Assembly (NCBI GenBank): GCA_010909165.1
Contig: MU008155.1
Span: 868,001 to 932,000, forward strand
Length of the DNA stretch: 64,000 nt
DNA from: Anthoceros angustus
Lineage: Eukaryota > Plantae > Anthocerotophyta
Reading direction: 5' to 3'
Positions 62,836-64,000 of this stretch are shown one piece after another (positions within the stretch are counted from its first letter, which is position 1; every line of letters begins with the position of its first letter). Under the pieces are notes generated by a model. That model was not told where the DNA came from, did not search any database, and was given only the letters and a program-made list of their open reading frames with translations. A program made the translations under genes and the position numbers.

Positions 62836-64000
62836 TAAGGATATTGAGGTGTTAACAAGTGCCTCCTTTTCAACAATTCATTTATGAGGTGAACACATGG
62901 AAGGGCTTAGAGGATGAGCAAAGACAACTAGCCGACCAAGACATAGAGGATGGACTCTTCAATTCACTGCTCCACATTCGAGAAAAGGTGCAATATCGTA
63001 CATGGAGATATCCTCGACATGCGATGCGTGAGGAAGAGAAGGTACTTTGTTTGTGATGGATGTACCGTGGTTTCGAAAGGCAAGGACTGGACGCTTTGAT
63101 ATTTGGCAAGTGGAAATGTTTTGCCTTCCATGATTTAACAATGTGATGTGAGGATGATAATCATGCATGGTGTTGAAGATGCCCATTTGGTGAGAGAGGC
63201 TATGCGGAAGTGGTGCCGTAAGGGGATTCATTTCGCTTGTCCGGGGACAAGACAAACGTAAACAATGACAAAGGTGGGTTCGATCGCCGGAGTGATGAGG
63301 GATGGGGTTTGAGGAAGACAAGTGACTTGCAATGGGCGCCATGTTACCGAATGCTATGCAGGCACATTTAACAATGGAAGATCGGTGATTGGCCACGATA
63401 TCGGTGAAGAAATTGTTATATCATTCACTCGACAAACTTGTCGCCCCTAAAGGCCTTTGGGGTTAATGATGAAGCTCATCAAGACATTCTCCAAAGAAGG
63501 CGATCGGATAGTGGATGCTTGTTCGTGAGTGGGACATCTTTGATGCTGTTGTCCGCCGCCATTGTATTTCTATTGAGGCCGACAAGAGGTGTGCGTAGTT
63601 CATTCCGCAACAGTGCATGGATATGAAGTATTGCATGCGTAAGAGGAGCTCACCCATGAGCCGCACCGCCGAGGAATATCTCGGGGCCAAGGAGGTTTGC
63701 GTGAGTGAAAAGAAATTGGAAAGGCTCGGATTGTGCCTCTTGTCGCCGGAGAATGAAAGAACATACGAGACCTTTTGGATGAGGGTCAACAAACACTAGA
63801 CACGGCGCCTGCATCGAAGTTGATGGGATAGAGGAAGATGATGCAGGCAATGAAGGCAGAACACTCAAGACCGGATGATAGTCGCCTTAGAAACATTACC
63901 GTCGTCACAGCGGTGTCTCGGCATGTGTGTAGCGTAATCCAGTTGATCCCGAACCGGGACACATGTAATGCCCGAAACCTAGCAGCTATCGGCCTTTGAC

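Larger units (their letters stand above)
58595..64000 (+). pseudogene. Large gene: acidic N-terminus, ParB/Srx-like domain, beta-class N6A/N4C DNA methyltransferase-like domain; interrupted by a solo LTR and frameshifted; runs to the window edge
   Basis: VMIDPKEC..YVMGALGGNHTFAAMQHL..IEAHVYCGLT..DHN..KMSFIEQVRYLR (61660-61935); NIVHGDILDM (62992-63021); TLFVMDVPW (63044-63070, motif IV-like); P*RPLGLMMKLIKTFSKEGDRIVDACS/SGTSLM/RRHCISIEAD (63445-63585, motifs X-I-II). Linking 58595-59210 to this gene is inference. Confidence 0.7.

Overview
This is eukaryotic, almost certainly land-plant DNA (inferred non-seed lineage such as a fern, lycophyte or bryophyte), made almost entirely of nested transposable elements, with no recognisable host housekeeping gene. 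Inferred nesting: (1) a decayed Ty1/copia element on the minus strand (409-~3186) is cut inside its integrase by (2) a large DNA transposon with a DUF7869/Sola1-like DDD transposase gene (minus strand, ~4100-7260, one clean GT-AG intron). A divergent plus-strand gene at ~58595->64000 carries a ParB/Srx-like GGNH domain followed by a beta-class N6-adenine/N4-cytosine DNA methyltransferase domain. The introns of both genes, and the putative transposon end, carry the same GGCGCCGGCATGCCGGCGCC palindrome family, which suggests one methyltransferase-carrying transposon. The ~50 kb between the two genes is filled by (3) three related Athila-like Ty3/gypsy families (A, B, C; C has a perfect CGCCA TSD inside B) and (4) a second copia element (TSD ACTGC). 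Beyond ~7 kb there are many 1-3 nt deletions and about ten microhomology-joined tandem duplications, which look like noisy long-read consensus errors, so many apparent frameshifts may not be real. All family assignments come from motif recognition by eye; no database search was run.
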